Shown here: in pieces, positions 18,958 through 28,668 of the stretch | How the letters are laid out: each line of letters begins with the position of its first letter | Numbering within the stretch: position 1 is the stretch's first letter | Source of the DNA: Candidatus Nomurabacteria bacterium CG1_02_43_90 | Lineage (GTDB): Bacteria; Patescibacteriota; Minisyncoccia; Phycocordibacterales; UBA1550 | Direction: 5' to 3' | DNA length: 64,000 nucleotides | Assembly (NCBI GenBank): GCA_001871765.1 | Contig: MNVN01000015.1 | Coordinates: 52,543 to 116,542, forward strand | The notes under the pieces: model-generated | Told to the model about the DNA's origin: nothing | Seen by the model: the letters and a program-made list of their open reading frames with translations, nothing else | The model's database searches: none | Made by a program: the position numbers and the translations under genes

Positions 18958-19401
18958 TTACTCTCCTGCTTCAACCACTACCGTAAAGGTGACACGGTGT
19001 TTTTCAATGACCACAGGAATTTCGTAGGCCCCAGTTTCTTTAAGGGGGCGGTCAAGGATGACGTAGTCGGGGTTCATGTCAAGGTGTGTCGCGCGCTTAA
19101 GCTCGGTGAGTACTTCTTCTTTGTGAATGCTTGCAAAGAGGTGACCTTTTTCATTTGCCTTGCCATGGAGAGTCACCGTCGCACCGCTCAAGTTTTCAAG
19201 ATTTTTCATGAGCAGGTCGGTATGCACTTTTTTAAGTGTTGCATCCGTCATGATTTTTTTCTCAAGTTGTGCAAGTGCAGCAGGGGTAGCTACTTCGGCA
19301 AGTTTTTGGGCAACCAGGTGACGCCCGTAACCATCGGCAACTTCTTTTGTTTCGTATTTTTTACCAATGCGAGGGATATCTTTAAGGAAGAGTATTTTCA
19401 T
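18958..19401 (-). CDS. rplI: 50S ribosomal protein L9
   Basis: MKILFLKDI..IGKK..EVADGYGR; GHLFASI. Confidence 0.95.
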   Translation of the reverse strand: MKILFLKDIPRIGKKYETKEVADGYGRHLVAQKLAEVATPAALAQLEKKIMTDATLKKVHTDLLMKNLENLSGATVTLHGKANEKGHLFASIHKEEVLTELKRATHLDMNPDYVILDRPLKETGAYEIPVVIEKHRVTFTVVVEAGE

Positions 19402-19425
19402 AATTGATTTTTATCGTTTAGTTTT

Positions 19426-20673
19426 CTAATTTCTCTTAAAATTTGGGTCGGTTAATATTTCAGCTACTTTTTCCATTTGCGGATCACGTTTATTTTCAAA
19501 ATCTTTTTGTGTCATACCAACTTTTATATCAGGCTCAAGTCCGTTTTGAGAAATTGAGTGCCCGAGTGGAGTGAGCCAGCGCGCGATGGTAACTTTGAGT
19601 GCTGTGTCAGGCGTAATATCAATAAGTTCCTGGACGGAGCCCTTACCAAAACTCTTTTCACCTACAAGCTTTGCAACACCGTGTTCGTGAAGCGCACCCG
19701 CAAGAATTTCTGAAGCTGAAGCAGAACCTTCGTTAATAAGCACAGCCATTCTTAGGTTTTGATTAAAAACATTGTACCCCTTACTCCTTTCAAACTGTTG
19801 TTTTGCTCTTGTCCCACTATCCTCGATAACAACAGTCTTTCCCACTGGCAAAAAGTAGCTGGCCATGTCAGTCGCTGCCTCTAGGTATCCACCCGGGTTC
19901 CCTCGAAGGTCGAGTACTAGCTTGTCTGAACCAGAGAGAATAAACTCACGGAGGGCACCACGGAAGAGTTCGGGTGAATTTGCAGAAAAAGTATACAGAG
20001 AGATTACAAAAACGCCATCATCGCGAAGCTTGGTATCAATAGTAGGGATGTTGATGGTGTCGCGCTCAACAGGAACCTCGGTAATTTTATCGCCACGTTT
20101 TATCGTAAGGAGTACGCTTGTTCCTTTGGGCCCCCGTATGTGTTTAATGGCGTCATCTACGGTTAAACCGGCGGTAATAAACTTTTCAATTTTTATGATT
20201 TGATCCCCAGGTTTTAAACCTGCGCGTTCAGCAGGGGTTCCCTTGAGAGGCGCGATGACCGTAAGAACGCCGTCTTTTGTCGTAATCTCTACACCAATAC
20301 CCTCAAAGTCCCCGCGCACTTCTTCTTGGAAAATAGAAGTTTCCTTGGGCGGGAAGAATACCGTATAGGGATCACCATATTCTTGTGCTAACCCTCTAAT
20401 CGCTCCCCACACTTTGTCCTGATCGGTGGGTACAGAGGAAGATGCTGTTGTGGGTACGAATTTTTCATTAAGAGTGTCAACAGCTTTCCAGAAAGGCTTA
20501 AGGTCGAGGTTTCCCGAAGTTGTGGTGAGTTGGAGATCTCGGAGACCGGTAGTATCTACCACGAGTTCTTTTTCTTGTATCTGTTTACCTACGATAATTC
20601 CTGCACCAAAAGTGGCTGCAATTGCCACAAAAAGAACTGCAGTAATAGTAACTTTATTAAAATGGTATTTCAT
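19426..20673 (-). CDS. Carboxyl-terminal processing protease (S41A, PDZ)
   Basis: GDPYT, FEGIG, DLRGNPGG, SASASEI, SFGKGSVQ. Confidence 0.93.
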   Translation of the reverse strand: MKYHFNKVTITAVLFVAIAATFGAGIIVGKQIQEKELVVDTTGLRDLQLTTTSGNLDLKPFWKAVDTLNEKFVPTTASSSVPTDQDKVWGAIRGLAQEYGDPYTVFFPPKETSIFQEEVRGDFEGIGVEITTKDGVLTVIAPLKGTPAERAGLKPGDQIIKIEKFITAGLTVDDAIKHIRGPKGTSVLLTIKRGDKITEVPVERDTINIPTIDTKLRDDGVFVISLYTFSANSPELFRGALREFILSGSDKLVLDLRGNPGGYLEAATDMASYFLPVGKTVVIEDSGTRAKQQFERSKGYNVFNQNLRMAVLINEGSASASEILAGALHEHGVAKLVGEKSFGKGSVQELIDITPDTALKVTIARWLTPLGHSISQNGLEPDIKVGMTQKDFENKRDPQMEKVAEILTDPNFKRN

Positions 20674-20754
20674 ACACTGTAGTATCGCAAAAGATTATGG
20701 TGCGGTCAATATTTTATGTTGAGTATTCCTAGTTAAGTATGGTACACTAGAAAC

Positions 20755-21672
20755 ATGATTTCGCGCTATACATATAAGGATCTTGTTTGGGTTGATGTAG
20801 AGGCTCCAACCTCAGAAGAAATTCGGGAGCTTATGGAAGAATTTAGTGTACACCCTCTTGTTGCAGAGGAGCTCCTGACGCCAACGCTTCGCCCTAAAGT
20901 AGACCTTTATCAAAATTTCATTTACTTAATTTTGCATTTTCCCATGATGTCCCACAAGCATGATGGTGGGAGCGAACAAGAGATCGATTTTGTTATTGGT
21001 AAAAATTATCTCATTACCACTCACTATGATCTTGTTGATCCACTTCATGAATTTTCAAAAGTATTTGAAGTAAATTCAATCCTTGAAAAATCAAATATCG
21101 GAGATCATGCCGGATTTCTCCTTTTCTATATTATGCGTGAGCTTTACAAAATGCTTGATCGCGAGCTTGACCATATCAACCATGATTTTAGTGACATTGA
21201 AGCAAAGATTTTTGAGGGAAAAGAACGTGATATGGTGAATGCAATTTCCCACCTCAATCGCGATTTACTCAATTTCAAACAAATTCTCCGTCCTCACAAA
21301 GAAGTTCTTGAGTCATTTGAAATTGCAGGTACTAAATTTTTTGGGCAAGATTTTTCGTATTACCTTCGTACTATTGTTGGTGAATACTACAAAATTTCAA
21401 CAATTCTTGATGGGCATCGTGAGACGCTCCTTGAACTCCGCGGTACCAATGATTCCCTTTTGACGACAAAGACCAATGACATCATTAAAACGCTTACTGT
21501 AACGGCATTTATTATTCTGCCACTTACGTTTATTGGGCAAGTTTTTGGTATGAGTATCCCCAATATCCCTCTTACGAATGACCCCAACGCTTTTTGGATC
21601 ATTACAGTCTCGATGGGCATCATTGGCTTTTGTCTTTTTGGATATTTCAAGTTTTTTAAAAAATGGATGTAA
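20755..21672 (+). CDS. corA: CorA family Mg2+/Co2+ transporter
   Basis: HPLVAEE, RPKVD, LPLTFI..FGMS (GMN-like), two C-terminal TMs. Confidence 0.88.
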   Translation: MISRYTYKDLVWVDVEAPTSEEIRELMEEFSVHPLVAEELLTPTLRPKVDLYQNFIYLILHFPMMSHKHDGGSEQEIDFVIGKNYLITTHYDLVDPLHEFSKVFEVNSILEKSNIGDHAGFLLFYIMRELYKMLDRELDHINHDFSDIEAKIFEGKERDMVNAISHLNRDLLNFKQILRPHKEVLESFEIAGTKFFGQDFSYYLRTIVGEYYKISTILDGHRETLLELRGTNDSLLTTKTNDIIKTLTVTAFIILPLTFIGQVFGMSIPNIPLTNDPNAFWIITVSMGIIGFCLFGYFKFFKKWM

Positions 21673-22997
21673 CCCTCTTCAACACTCTTACTCGTTCTCT
21701 TGAGAAATTAGAACCCCTCAATGCAGGAAACATACGCATGTATCATTGTGGTCCAACGGTCTATGACTATGCACACATCGGAAATCTTCGTGCGTACATT
21801 TCGTGGGATATCCTTCGTCGCACTCTTGAATATAGTGGGCTAGAAGTAACGCAAGTCATGAATTTCACTGATATTGATGACAAAACAATCAAGCGAAGTC
21901 ATGACGAAGGGGTTACTTTAAGGAAACTGACAAAAAAGTATGAAGATATTTTTCTTGCAGACTTACAACATTTAAATATAAAAATCCCTCAGTACTTACC
22001 GCATGCAACAGAGCATATTGGTGGGATGGTTGCTATCGTTGAGAAGTTGCTTCGTGATGGATATGCCTATACGACTGACGATGGGGTGTATTTCGATATT
22101 TCGAAATCAAAAGGATATGGCGCGCTTGCTGAGCTTGACCTTGAAGCAGGCACGCAGTCACGTATCGCGAATGACGAATATGACAAAAAGAATGCACGAG
22201 ACTTTGCTTTATGGAAATTTTGGACAGAAGAAGATGGTGGGAACGTGTTCGAGGCATCATTTGGTCGCGGACGCCCTGGTTGGCATATTGAATGTTCTGC
22301 AATGGCAATAAGTAAGCTAGGAGAAACGATTGATATTCACACCGGAGGTATTGACCTTCTTTTCCCCCACCATACCAATGAGATTGCACAGTCTGAAGCA
22401 TTTACAGGAAAACAGTTCTCAAAATATTGGCTCCATAATGAGTTTGTGATGGTTGATGGACAAAAGATGTCAAAATCATTGGGAAATATTATTACCTTGA
22501 GAACTATTATGGAGCGCGGGTTCTCACCCCTTGCTTATCGCTACTCGATACTGGGAACACACTATCGTGCAAAAGCAAATTTTACGTGGGAGGGTCTAGG
22601 GGGTGCCCAAACAGCGCTTGTACGGCTGGGTTCACACGTGGGGAGTAGTATGGGGAGGATTAATACTGACTACCAGGAAAAGTTTGGTCAGATTGTTGCG
22701 CACGATTTGGATACTCCACGAGCGCTTGCTCTTGCATGGGAGGTTGCAAAAGATACTTCCCTTTCAACCGCCGACAAGACGGCGACCCTTCTCGAATTTG
22801 ATAAAGTTCTTGGTCTCGGGTTTACCCTACAAAAAGAAGAAGCTGTACCTGGGGAAGTTCTTGTTCTTGTACGCAGTCGTGAAGATGCGCGTACAAATAA
22901 AAACTGGGTAACGTCTGACGAACTTCGCAATCAAATCAACGCTCTTGGTTGGGAAATTTTAGATACGGATAAAGGGCAAGAGATTAAGAAAAAATAA
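21663..22997 (+). CDS. cysS: Cysteine--tRNA ligase
   Basis: CGPTVYDYAHIGN, GRPGWHIECS, KMSKSLGN. Confidence 0.96.
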   Translation: MDVTLFNTLTRSLEKLEPLNAGNIRMYHCGPTVYDYAHIGNLRAYISWDILRRTLEYSGLEVTQVMNFTDIDDKTIKRSHDEGVTLRKLTKKYEDIFLADLQHLNIKIPQYLPHATEHIGGMVAIVEKLLRDGYAYTTDDGVYFDISKSKGYGALAELDLEAGTQSRIANDEYDKKNARDFALWKFWTEEDGGNVFEASFGRGRPGWHIECSAMAISKLGETIDIHTGGIDLLFPHHTNEIAQSEAFTGKQFSKYWLHNEFVMVDGQKMSKSLGNIITLRTIMERGFSPLAYRYSILGTHYRAKANFTWEGLGGAQTALVRLGSHVGSSMGRINTDYQEKFGQIVAHDLDTPRALALAWEVAKDTSLSTADKTATLLEFDKVLGLGFTLQKEEAVPGEVLVLVRSREDARTNKNWVTSDELRNQINALGWEILDTDKGQEIKKK

Positions 22998-23310
22998 AAA
23001 AACACCTGAACCACCAGACTTACGCTCTAGGGCGTAGGTGGTAGCTGAGGTGTTCATAGCGCTCTATTTTAAGGCGTTAATTAAACAATTTTAATGTCGA
23101 GTTCTGCAAAAGTAGTTACGAGTTATTCATGGCTCTCCATCCAAATATCGCGAAATGAAATCAGAAAAATCGCAAAAAAGTCAATTTTCTAAGCCTTTCT
23201 CTTAAAGAAAACAAGTAAGTATGGTGTAGTTTGTTATCCCCCGCTTTTCCCCCATATTGCACACAGAGTCAAGTTCCCGAGGTCGTACCACCGTGCTACA
23301 ATAGACACCT

Positions 23311-24726
23311 ATGGCAAACAAAACTAATACCCCTGAACGACAGTTCAAAACGCGTGAGCTCCGTATCCCTCCTCAAAATATCGATACAGAAAAAGCACTT
23401 CTTGGTTCGCTCATGCTTCGACCTGAAGGAATATACGACGTCGGTGATATGATTACCCGGGAATCTTTTTATGTTGATAAGCATCGTATGCTTTTTGACG
23501 CAATGCTCGAGATTCATACACGACACGAACCAATAGACTTGCTCTCGGTGTCAACGCGCCTCAAAGAACGTGGTAAATTCGATAGTATTGGTGGCGGGAG
23601 TTATCTTGCTGAACTCGTTGATATGGTCCCCTCTTCAACGAATGTGAAACATTATGCAGAGATTATTCAAAGAAAATATATTTTGCGTTCACTCATTGAG
23701 GCAGCAGAACATATTTCTGAGCTTGGCTATAATGAAGTAGAACAAATAGAAAATGTGCTTGATGAGGCAGAAAAGAAAATTTACTCAGTTACCAACTCAA
23801 GTGTTTCTAAGAAATTTGTATATCTCAAAGACACTCTCGAAGAAGCATGGGAACGTCTCGACAAGATGCATAGAGAAGGCGGTGAGCTTCGCGGTGTACC
23901 ATCTGGTTTCCCCGCACTTGATACTCTTTTGTCTGGTTTTCAAAAATCTGACCTCATCATTCTTGCAGCACGCCCTTCTATGGGAAAGACAACACTCGCA
24001 CTCGATATTGCCCGTCAAGCAGCAACACAACATAACATCCCTGTTGGTATATTTTCCCTTGAAATGAGCACACAGCAACTTGTGGACAGAATGCTCTCTG
24101 CGGAGGCGCGCGTGAATGCTTGGAAACTCCGTACGGGGAAACTATCGCTTGACGAGGATTTTGAGAAACTTCGTGGATCCCTTGATCGCTTATCTAAAGC
24201 GCCAATTTTTATTGATGATCAGTCAGGAAATACGATTATGAAAATGAGGTCTGCTGCACGCAAACTCAAAAGTGAGCATGGTCTTGGTTTGATTATCGTT
24301 GACTATTTACAGCTCATGCATACGGCAAAAAGTCATGATTCTATGGTAAATCAGGTCACCGAGATCTCCCATTCGCTCAAGGAGCTCGCCAAGGACCTTG
24401 ATGTGCCTGTTATCGCCCTTTCTCAGCTTTCACGTGCAGTAGAGGCTCGTGGGGGCAAACCAAAGCTTTCTGACCTCCGTGATTCGGGCTCTATTGAACA
24501 GGATGCTGATATCGTTATGTTTATCCATCGTGAGGATAAAATGGATAAAAATGCTGACAAGACAAATATTGCTGAAATTTTGATTGAAAAGCACCGCAAT
24601 GGACCTGTTGGTTCCATTAACCTCTACTTTGACGAGGAGAAGTCAACCTTTATGTCTATCGACAAAAATAATTATGGTGAGAACGGGGGTATGCGTAATC
24701 CAGGAGGAAACTTTGATGATTTTTAA
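23311..24726 (+). CDS. dnaB: Replicative DNA helicase
   Basis: AARPSMGKT, VDYLQL, LSQLSR, DLRDSGSIEQDAD, KHRNGP. Confidence 0.97.
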   Translation: MANKTNTPERQFKTRELRIPPQNIDTEKALLGSLMLRPEGIYDVGDMITRESFYVDKHRMLFDAMLEIHTRHEPIDLLSVSTRLKERGKFDSIGGGSYLAELVDMVPSSTNVKHYAEIIQRKYILRSLIEAAEHISELGYNEVEQIENVLDEAEKKIYSVTNSSVSKKFVYLKDTLEEAWERLDKMHREGGELRGVPSGFPALDTLLSGFQKSDLIILAARPSMGKTTLALDIARQAATQHNIPVGIFSLEMSTQQLVDRMLSAEARVNAWKLRTGKLSLDEDFEKLRGSLDRLSKAPIFIDDQSGNTIMKMRSAARKLKSEHGLGLIIVDYLQLMHTAKSHDSMVNQVTEISHSLKELAKDLDVPVIALSQLSRAVEARGGKPKLSDLRDSGSIEQDADIVMFIHREDKMDKNADKTNIAEILIEKHRNGPVGSINLYFDEEKSTFMSIDKNNYGENGGMRNPGGNFDDF

Positions 24727-24729
24727 AAT

Positions 24730-25341
24730 ATGAGTAGCATTGATAATCTCGCACAATTATTTATGAAGTTTCCGGGTATCGGAACGCGTCAAGCAAAACG
24801 CTTCGTGTATTTTCTCCTTGCGCAAGACCCCTATTTTGTAGAAAGTCTTGCGCGTGAAATAGCTGAGCTCAACAAATCAATCGCGCAATGTGAAAGCTGT
24901 TTCCGGTTCTATCCTCGTACGGGTGTAACAAATCTATGTAGTACCTGTGCGGAGGACGCGGACAACACTACCCTTCTCGTTATCGAAAAAGATCCTGATT
25001 TTGATACTGTAAAACGAAGCGGAAGCTACACAGGTAGGTATTTTGTTCTCGGTGGCACTATTCCTGTTCTCGAGCGCGACCCCTCTTCAAAAATCCGCAT
25101 TCGCGAGCTCCTTGCACGAATTGAGCGTGGTGCAGTGGACGGACTTTCTGAAGTCATTCTTGCTCTTTCCGCAAATCCTGAGGGCGATTTCACACGGGAG
25201 TATGTCGCAAAAACACTCACACCTCTTGCCGAAAAATTCAGCATTTCGATCACCACGCTTGGGCGAGGGCTTTCTACCGGTACTGAACTTGAATATTCAG
25301 ATAGCGATACACTGAAACATGCGCTGAAGAATAGAGGTTAA
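24730..25341 (+). CDS. recR: Recombination mediator RecR
   Basis: PGIG.RQAKR, C..C...C..C, TOPRIM, G.ELEY.D. Confidence 0.95.
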   Translation: MSSIDNLAQLFMKFPGIGTRQAKRFVYFLLAQDPYFVESLAREIAELNKSIAQCESCFRFYPRTGVTNLCSTCAEDADNTTLLVIEKDPDFDTVKRSGSYTGRYFVLGGTIPVLERDPSSKIRIRELLARIERGAVDGLSEVILALSANPEGDFTREYVAKTLTPLAEKFSISITTLGRGLSTGTELEYSDSDTLKHALKNRG

Positions 25342-25458
25342 CTTGTTGTTAAAAGTAATGAAAATGACCCAAAATTTGATTCATGGAATTCAGTTTTCTA
25401 TCACTACCAATGTTATTGTGATCTTGTCGTCGCATTAACAGCTGGGTAGTTGGATAGA

Positions 25459-25495
25459 AAATAAAAAACCCGCATCGCTTGCGGGTTTTTTATTT
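25459..25495. terminator. Bidirectional terminator between recR and rplU
   Basis: AAATAAAAAACCCGCA-TCGCT-TGCGGGTTTTTTATTT. Confidence 0.8.
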
Positions 25496-25508
25496 GAGAG
25501 ATTTTAAT

Positions 25509-25826
25509 TTATTTAATCGCATCAATCATCACCTTCATGAAAGGTTGACGATGTCCGTTCTTTTTGAAATAACGTGATTTGTTGCGATAACGAATTACTA
25601 CAACTTTCTTTCCACGCCCTTCTTCAACGAGTGTTGCGTGAACGGATGCTCCCACAACTATCGGTGCTCCAATAAGGGTCTTTGAACCATCGTTAACTAA
25701 GAGCACTTGGTCAAAAACAATCTTGTCGCCAACCTTGGGTTCTCCGGGAAGCTTCTCAATAACGAGGGTTTCACCGGGAGCAACCTTGTACTGCTTTCCT
25801 CCTGTCTGTATTACTGCAAAATTCAT
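25509..25826 (-). CDS. rplU: 50S ribosomal protein L21
   Basis: AVIQTGGKQYKV, GHRQP. Confidence 0.97.
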   Translation of the reverse strand: MNFAVIQTGGKQYKVAPGETLVIEKLPGEPKVGDKIVFDQVLLVNDGSKTLIGAPIVVGASVHATLVEEGRGKKVVVIRYRNKSRYFKKNGHRQPFMKVMIDAIK

Positions 25827-25923
25827 AGTTCTCATATTGTACAGGAAAAAAAAGAAAATGCAAGTATTTGTGCGAATAAATGAAACTCTGGTATCCTTAA
25901 GCTCTCTTTTGAGATTATGGGTA

Positions 25924-25953
25924 TTGACAAAACAACATATTTTATATTATAGT
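25924..25953 (+). promoter_or_regulatory. Sigma70-type promoter for the ncRNA candidate
   Basis: TTGACA (25924-29), 18-nt spacer, TATAGT (25948-53). Confidence 0.6.
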
Positions 25954-25958
25954 AGAAA

Positions 25959-26085
25959 TGTTAGGGTGTTCTTGAGTCAAGGTCGTAGCATCTACGAGAT
26001 GCTACTGAGGACTCCACGCTAACACACTTGGGTTTTTATGTACTCACCCGCCCGGGAGCATCCCCCTTTTGCTCCCGGTTTTTTT
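25959..26085 (+). ncRNA. Candidate structured non-coding RNA, family unknown
   Basis: Promoter upstream, nested stems, + strand terminator with T7 tail, no meaningful ORF. Confidence 0.6.
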
Positions 26086-26103
26086 ATTCAAAATACCAGA
26101 CTT

Positions 26104-27219
26104 CTAACCCTCAATGATTGGCTTTTCAATAAGAAGTGGGTCAATTCCTGCCGTTTCGCCTGCAATCTTTACCACGTCCTTGTCTACCTTTTTGAGTTCT
26201 TTGTAGGCAGTATTATAGTGGTTCACGGTTGTCCCAAGAGCATTCCCGAGCTTCTTCATATATTCTTCATATGCGGTCAGGTGTTTTCGAAGTTCTTCCA
26301 CGCGCCCAATAATGAGTTGCGCTGACTCTTCTATTTTAAATGCTCGAAAACCGTAGAGGACTGATTGTAAATATGCAGAAAATGTTGTTGGGGAAACAAT
26401 GATGACTTTCTTTTCGTTCGAAGCGTAGTCAATGAGACTTCGTGTGTTTACTTTTACTGAACCGACTTCATTGATAAGGAGGTCATAGTAGATACCTTCT
26501 GCAGGAATAAACATAAAAGCAAAGGGCAGAGTTCCCTCCTCGGGTCGTATGTACTTTGCAGTTTCATCAATACGTTTTTTGAGATCGTTGCGAAAATCTT
26601 TCTCAAGTTCCTCTTTTCGTATTTCATCAGTTTCATTCACAATACGGTTATAGTTGTCGAGAGAGAACTTTGCATCAACGGGAATATAGCCATCTTTGGT
26701 CAAAATGACGGCATCTACTGCATCACCATTTTTGAATTGATACTGAATCTTGTATGCAGTAGGAGGCAGAATATTCGAAAGAATGAGTTCGAGCGCCGCT
26801 TCACCAAGGTTCCCACGTTGCTTCTGGTGCTTGAGGACTTTTTCAAGGTTTTGTAACTGATCCGTAATACCGAGCACTTGTTTTGAAGTTTCATTTGCCG
26901 CGGTCATCTCCTTTGCGACACTGGTAAGGTTGCGTTCTACTTGCTCGTTGATTTCACGAATGAGGTTTTGAGATTCTGTAAATTGCATGTGTACGGCTTG
27001 TTGCATCTCTTTGTTTGAAGAGCCAACCTTAGCGTCAACCGTTTTCATAAAATCGCCAAGCTGTGCCTGGAAGTTTCCAAGCTGGTTTTGAATAAGGAGA
27101 AGGGCGTCACCTTGAGGGTCGCGCTCTGATGCCGGTTCTTTGTGTAAAAAGCTTATGGTAACAATCACCATAAGCGCTCCGAGAATAAGGACGATGAGGA
27201 TAAGTAGGGTTGATGACAT
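26104..27219 (-). CDS. rmuC: DNA recombination protein RmuC
   Basis: N-terminal TM, coiled coil, RGNLGE..LE, PVDAKF, FMFIPAEG, VSPTT. Confidence 0.92.
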   Translation of the reverse strand: MSSTLLILIVLILGALMVIVTISFLHKEPASERDPQGDALLLIQNQLGNFQAQLGDFMKTVDAKVGSSNKEMQQAVHMQFTESQNLIREINEQVERNLTSVAKEMTAANETSKQVLGITDQLQNLEKVLKHQKQRGNLGEAALELILSNILPPTAYKIQYQFKNGDAVDAVILTKDGYIPVDAKFSLDNYNRIVNETDEIRKEELEKDFRNDLKKRIDETAKYIRPEEGTLPFAFMFIPAEGIYYDLLINEVGSVKVNTRSLIDYASNEKKVIIVSPTTFSAYLQSVLYGFRAFKIEESAQLIIGRVEELRKHLTAYEEYMKKLGNALGTTVNHYNTAYKELKKVDKDVVKIAGETAGIDPLLIEKPIIEG

Positions 27220-27220
27220 A

Positions 27221-27418
27221 TTAGATTCCATAAGCAGCACTCATATTTGATAAAAATGCGGGGATTGCAAACATGAGCCCAATAAGAGGGAGGATAAAAA
27301 GTGCGAGGCTCCCGTAAAAAGTCCACATGAGGTACTTGCGCGTTTTTTCGGTGGCAATATTTATTTTTTGTAAAAGTTCATTTTGCTCTTGTATGCGTTG
27401 TAAAATTTCTTGTTCCAT
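27221..27418 (-). CDS. Small membrane protein, 65 aa
   Basis: Coiled-coil N-terminus then TM; 1 nt from the rmuC start. Confidence 0.7.
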   Translation of the reverse strand: MEQEILQRIQEQNELLQKINIATEKTRKYLMWTFYGSLALFILPLIGLMFAIPAFLSNMSAAYGI

Positions 27419-27499
27419 ATGGTCATTGTACTACAGTGATGAGCAAAATAAAAACAGGTCGCCAATTTCTGGCGACCTGCATAGGTTTTTTATTTCTTT

Positions 27500-28078
27500 T
27501 TATTTCTTTTTATTTCTTTTTTGCTCGATTTGTCGCCTATCAGCGACCTGAAGCAACTCTTCTACCCCACCCTGTATCCCCTCAGATGTGCTTGCTACGC
27601 CCCACGACGCACATAAATACGTTAGGGTTCCTTGTTTATCAAACCAAAACTTGCTGAGTTGGTGCTCTATTTTCTTGCACACCGACACTGCTTCGTGATG
27701 AGTGCCTGGTATCAGAATACAGAACTCATCGCCCCCAAATCTCGCAATAATATCAGAGCTCCGTACGCAAACGGAAAGAAAATCCGCAAACTCAATGATC
27801 AAACGATCTCCCCGGGTATGATCCTTGTCATTTTCTTTTTTGAAATTATCAATATCAATAAAGACTATCGAAAAATGCATACCGGATCGCTTATACAAAC
27901 CAAGATGATGCTCAATTTCACGCATCAGCCTTTTTTTGTTAGCCAAACCCGTCATTATGTCCGTCTCCCGAGCTTTCTGTAACTCTTCAGTAAGCTCGGT
28001 CAGTTTTCTATAAAGGCGGAGGTTCTCCACCTGGAGTCTTGTTGCGAGTATTTGGTACTCGCATGTTTTTTTATTCAT
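27500..28078 (-). CDS. GGDEF-domain diguanylate cyclase
   Basis: D.MTGLAN, DIDNFK..ND, RSSD I-site, RFGGDEF, ASWG. Confidence 0.9.
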   Translation of the reverse strand: MNKKTCEYQILATRLQVENLRLYRKLTELTEELQKARETDIMTGLANKKRLMREIEHHLGLYKRSGMHFSIVFIDIDNFKKENDKDHTRGDRLIIEFADFLSVCVRSSDIIARFGGDEFCILIPGTHHEAVSVCKKIEHQLSKFWFDKQGTLTYLCASWGVASTSEGIQGGVEELLQVADRRQIEQKRNKKK

Positions 28079-28212
28079 TTTCCCCTACCTACCTTTCTTT
28101 AAAAACTTTGATGTAAGATACCCTATTTAATATTAGCACACTATATACATAAGTGTCAATAGTGTGCTAAAGACAGAGAAAGTTTATACTATAACGATAA
28201 TTATATAAATTT

Positions 28213-28668
28213 ATGACATTACACGAACAAATTAAAAGTGAAGTTAAGGTAGCTATGATGGCAAAAGACGCAGTACGCCTATCAGTGGTGCGTAATATGA
28301 TTTCCTCGTTTACCAATCAACTTGTAGCAACCGGCAAAACTCCGCAAGATCTTCTTGATGATGCAGGGGTTCTCAAGGTCATCAAACGCCTTGCAAACCA
28401 ACGCAAAGACTCAATGGAGCAATTCATTGCAGGTGGTCGCCCCGAGCTCGCAGAAGGAGAAAGGGCAGAATTAGCAATTCTCGAGATATACCTCCCTACT
28501 CTCATGTCTCGTGAAGAAATTAAAGTGGTCGCACTTGCAAAAAAAGAAGCGCTTGGCGTTACAGATAAGGCAAAAGCAGGTCAACTCACGGGTGCTATTA
28601 TGAAAGACCTCGCAGGGAAAGCTGACGGTGGAGACGTGAAAGCAGTGGTGGATGAGCTGTTTATTTAA
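28213..28668 (+). CDS. GatB/YqeY domain protein
   Basis: AMMAKD..RLSVVR, QRKDS.EQF...GR.ELAE.E, YLP, GKADG. Confidence 0.9.
   Translation: MTLHEQIKSEVKVAMMAKDAVRLSVVRNMISSFTNQLVATGKTPQDLLDDAGVLKVIKRLANQRKDSMEQFIAGGRPELAEGERAELAILEIYLPTLMSREEIKVVALAKKEALGVTDKAKAGQLTGAIMKDLAGKADGGDVKAVVDELFI

Noticed and set aside
20699..20724. dif-like sequence GGTGCGGTCAA-TATT-TTATGTTGAGT
   Set aside because: Arms resemble E. coli dif but the spacer is 4 bp rather than 6 bp
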